Assembly (NCBI GenBank): GCA_947589175.1
Contig: CANPZR010000001.1
Span: 1-42,500, forward strand
Source: an uncultured Lachnospiraceae bacterium
GTDB lineage: Bacteria > Bacillota > Clostridia > Lachnospirales > Lachnospiraceae
Length of the DNA: 42,500 nucleotides
Reading direction: 5' to 3'
In this document: positions 39,743 through 42,500 of the stretch, one piece after another
Layout: every line of letters begins with the position of its first letter
Position numbering within the stretch: the stretch's first letter is position 1
The notes under the pieces: generated by a model
What the model saw: the letters and a program-made list of their open reading frames with translations, nothing else
Databases searched by the model: none
Told to the model about the DNA's origin: nothing
Program-made: the position numbers and the translations under genes

Positions 39743-41206
39743 ATGAGTAAAATGAAATCTAATTATCTAAAAGAAATGTATAGAGACAAACTTGGTTCGA
39801 CATCAGCACCGGTAAAAGCTGCATTTTGGTTTACATTATGCAATTTTATTCAACGTGGGATAAGCATGATTTCGACTCCCATTTTCACACGACAGTTATC
39901 AACATATGAATACGGAGTTTTTAGTACATATTCATCCTGGGAAATTCTTTTGGCGATGATAGTAACGTTAAGCATCCCTAAGGCAATGATGAATTTATAT
40001 ATAAAATACGAGGATCGTGAAAGCGTGCTTTCCTCGATATGCGGTCTTGAACTTGTATTGACAGGTATATGGCTGATAGTCGGAATTATGTTTGGCAAAC
40101 AAATTGGTGTTTTGCTTGGATTATCTCCTGCATTAGTTTGCTGTTTGTTTTTAAATTTTATGTTTTCTGTTCCGGTTCAATGTTGGTCCTTTCATAAAAG
40201 ATATGATTATGATTACAAGCCTCTTGTTGCCGTAACGCTTTTTCTTGCAATAGGTTCAGTTCTTTTCAGTGTTTTGGCAGTATTTTTTGTTCGACCAACA
40301 GCAGAAATGAGAGCGATTGCGTCTGTTGTCGTTACAATTGTATTAGGCATGTTCCTGTATTGCTCTATTTTTCGGCATAAGAAAAAATTTTATGAGAAAA
40401 AAGTATGGAAATTTGCAATAGGTTTTAGTGTTCCATTGTTGCCGCATTATTTATCGGAATTTATTCTCCAAAGTTCAGATAAAATTATGATAAATTATTT
40501 TTGCGGTGCAAGTGATGTTGCGCTATATAGTGTAGCTTATGCGGTAGGTTCAGTGATTACGCTGGTTACAAGCGCAATTGATTCATCTTTTGCTCCATAT
40601 CAGTATCAAAAAATAAAATCAGGCGAATATGGATTGTTAAAAAAAAGAGCTAATGAGGTGTTATCTCTTGTGGGAATTATGTTAGCTTTAATAATGATTT
40701 CCAGCAGAGAGATTGTTTTGTTTTTTGGTGGAGTTAAATATATAAACAGCGTTGAAGTGATTATTCCGATTTGTTTAGGAGTGTTTTTTAATTATATTTT
40801 TCAATTTTTTGCAAGGGTGCAAGAATATTATGAACAGAAATTGAAGGTTGTTATACCATCAGTTCTTTGTGCTGTTTTAAATTTGATTTTGAATTATATA
40901 TGTATTAGAAAATATGGATATCAGGCCGCTGCATATACAACACTTTTATGCTATGCCTTATTTTGTATTGTTCATTATATTTTTTATAAAAATGTGTGTA
41001 GACGTTATTTGAATAATAAAAATATATATGATATAAAAACAATCATATTTATCTCAATAATTGTGTCGATTTGTGGTTTCTTTATCATGATTCTTAATAA
41101 CATATTATGGTTAAAGTACTTGATTATGTTTATCACAATGATTATGCTCATTATAAAACGCAAATGGATATTGACGAAAATTATAAAAACAATTAGAAAG
41201 GCATGA
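39743..41206 (+). CDS. wzx: Wzx flippase
   Basis: Polytopic; TPIFTR...YEYG, SVPLLPH, SDKIMI, LYSVAY and YGYQAAAYTT motifs of the polysaccharide transporter family. Confidence 0.85.
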   Translation: MSKMKSNYLKEMYRDKLGSTSAPVKAAFWFTLCNFIQRGISMISTPIFTRQLSTYEYGVFSTYSSWEILLAMIVTLSIPKAMMNLYIKYEDRESVLSSICGLELVLTGIWLIVGIMFGKQIGVLLGLSPALVCCLFLNFMFSVPVQCWSFHKRYDYDYKPLVAVTLFLAIGSVLFSVLAVFFVRPTAEMRAIASVVVTIVLGMFLYCSIFRHKKKFYEKKVWKFAIGFSVPLLPHYLSEFILQSSDKIMINYFCGASDVALYSVAYAVGSVITLVTSAIDSSFAPYQYQKIKSGEYGLLKKRANEVLSLVGIMLALIMISSREIVLFFGGVKYINSVEVIIPICLGVFFNYIFQFFARVQEYYEQKLKVVIPSVLCAVLNLILNYICIRKYGYQAAAYTTLLCYALFCIVHYIFYKNVCRRYLNNKNIYDIKTIIFISIIVSICGFFIMILNNILWLKYLIMFITMIMLIIKRKWILTKIIKTIRKA

Positions 41207-41261
41207 AAAAATTTATAAGACAGAAGGAAATACTGCGTTAAGCAGTAGGGAGGCGAGATAA

Positions 41262-42367
41262 TTGAAAAAAGAATCAGCAGAAAATAATACTCACATCAAT
41301 ATTACAGAATATGACACTCTTCGTGTGATAGTGACTCTTCTTGTAATCATTGGTCATAGCACATATTATTATATAATGACGCAATATGGTGGTTGCGACT
41401 ACACTGCATTTACTTTACCTAAGCTGAGCAACTTTTATCGTATGGCGGAATATATGGTATCAATTATATATCTTTTTCACATGCCCTTGTATATGGCATT
41501 GAGTGGAGCACTTTATAGACGTAAAAATCTTACGGGGGGGGGTACTTGACATATGGACACCTGATAAAGGACAAAGCTAAAAAATTATTGATTCCGTTTT
41601 TGATTGTTACATTGTTGTATTCTGTTCCGCTAAAATATATTTCGGGTTATTATAATGCTTCCAATAATGTAATAAAAGATATTTTCATTGGTCAGTTTTT
41701 GATTCAGGGGAATACTCACCTTTGGTACTTGCCCACACTATTTTCTGTCTTTGTTATTGTATATTTAATAGAAAAATATAATAAATTAAATAGTGTTGTT
41801 GTTCTTGCTGTTTTGTTTGTTGTTTCATTCATGAGCATAAAAATGCCAATTATAATCGTAAGGCAGACGATGCTGTATTTATTTTGGTTTTATTTAGGTT
41901 GCTGCTTTGAAGATATCAGAGATAGGATAAACAAAAAATCTAAGATATTTATTTGCTTGTTCTTTGTGAATATAATGATATTGATTATTACGCCTATTAT
42001 TTCCGACAGAATACCAAATTATCCGGGTTTAGACATTTTTGCTATTATAAAAAAAACAATTTCATATTTATCAGCGATTTCGGGATGTTTATGTGTATAT
42101 ATAATCAGCTATAAAACATCAAAAACTGCTATTTTGAAGAATAGTCTTATTAAGATGGTTAGATATAATACATTTGGACTTTACTTATATTCAGAAACCT
42201 TGAATTATGTGATTTTAAGTATTGCGACGGTAATATTTGGGAATATAGTGTTTGTTACAAATATGGGTGCTGCAGGGCTTTGTTTTGCAAGAATCGGTAT
42301 CACGTTTATAGTAGCACTTGTTATAAGTGTGATATTACATAAACTAAAATTCAAATATTTATGTTAA
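41262..42367 (+). pseudogene. Membrane acyltransferase family 3 (OafA-like) frameshifted at G9 (41534-41542)
   Basis: 5' part has YDTLR...LVIIGH...FHMPLYMALSG; 3' part has KKLLIPF...HLWYL in the -1 frame. G7 or G10 restores about 367-368 aa. Confidence 0.85.
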
Positions 42368-42400
42368 AAGAGAAAAAAGTTTTATGAGGATATTGACAAG

Positions 42401-42500
<100 letters not shown>

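Overview
The window looks like a Clostridia (Lachnospiraceae-like) chromosome, with essentially all real genes on the + strand. 1-9057 is GC-rich core: smc (5'-truncated), ftsY, ilvA and hisZ-hisG-hisD. 9129-17654 holds accessory surface and sensing genes: a transglutaminase-like protein, a YeiH-family membrane protein, an LRR protein, a solute-binding lipoprotein and a hybrid histidine kinase. 17794-42500 is a Wzx/Wzy surface-polysaccharide locus that appears to have several layers of phase variation. (1) An intact tyrosine recombinase sits next to a 269-bp segment bounded by perfect 19-bp inverted repeats (18748-18766 / 18998-19016). This segment contains a sigma-A promoter pointing away from the operon, so it is OFF as assembled. 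(2) Downstream come two LoaP/NusG-family antiterminators, the second with an extra KOW domain. They flank a catalytically dead recombinase paralog and are followed by a terminator-like hairpin. (3) Six G7-G9-TA tracts lie in all five O-acetyl/acyl-transferase genes and one glycosyltransferase, and four of the six are out of frame. (4) A (GACA)>=19 microsatellite lies at the 5' end of the last, truncated ORF. All functional calls come from motif recognition by eye; no database searches were run.
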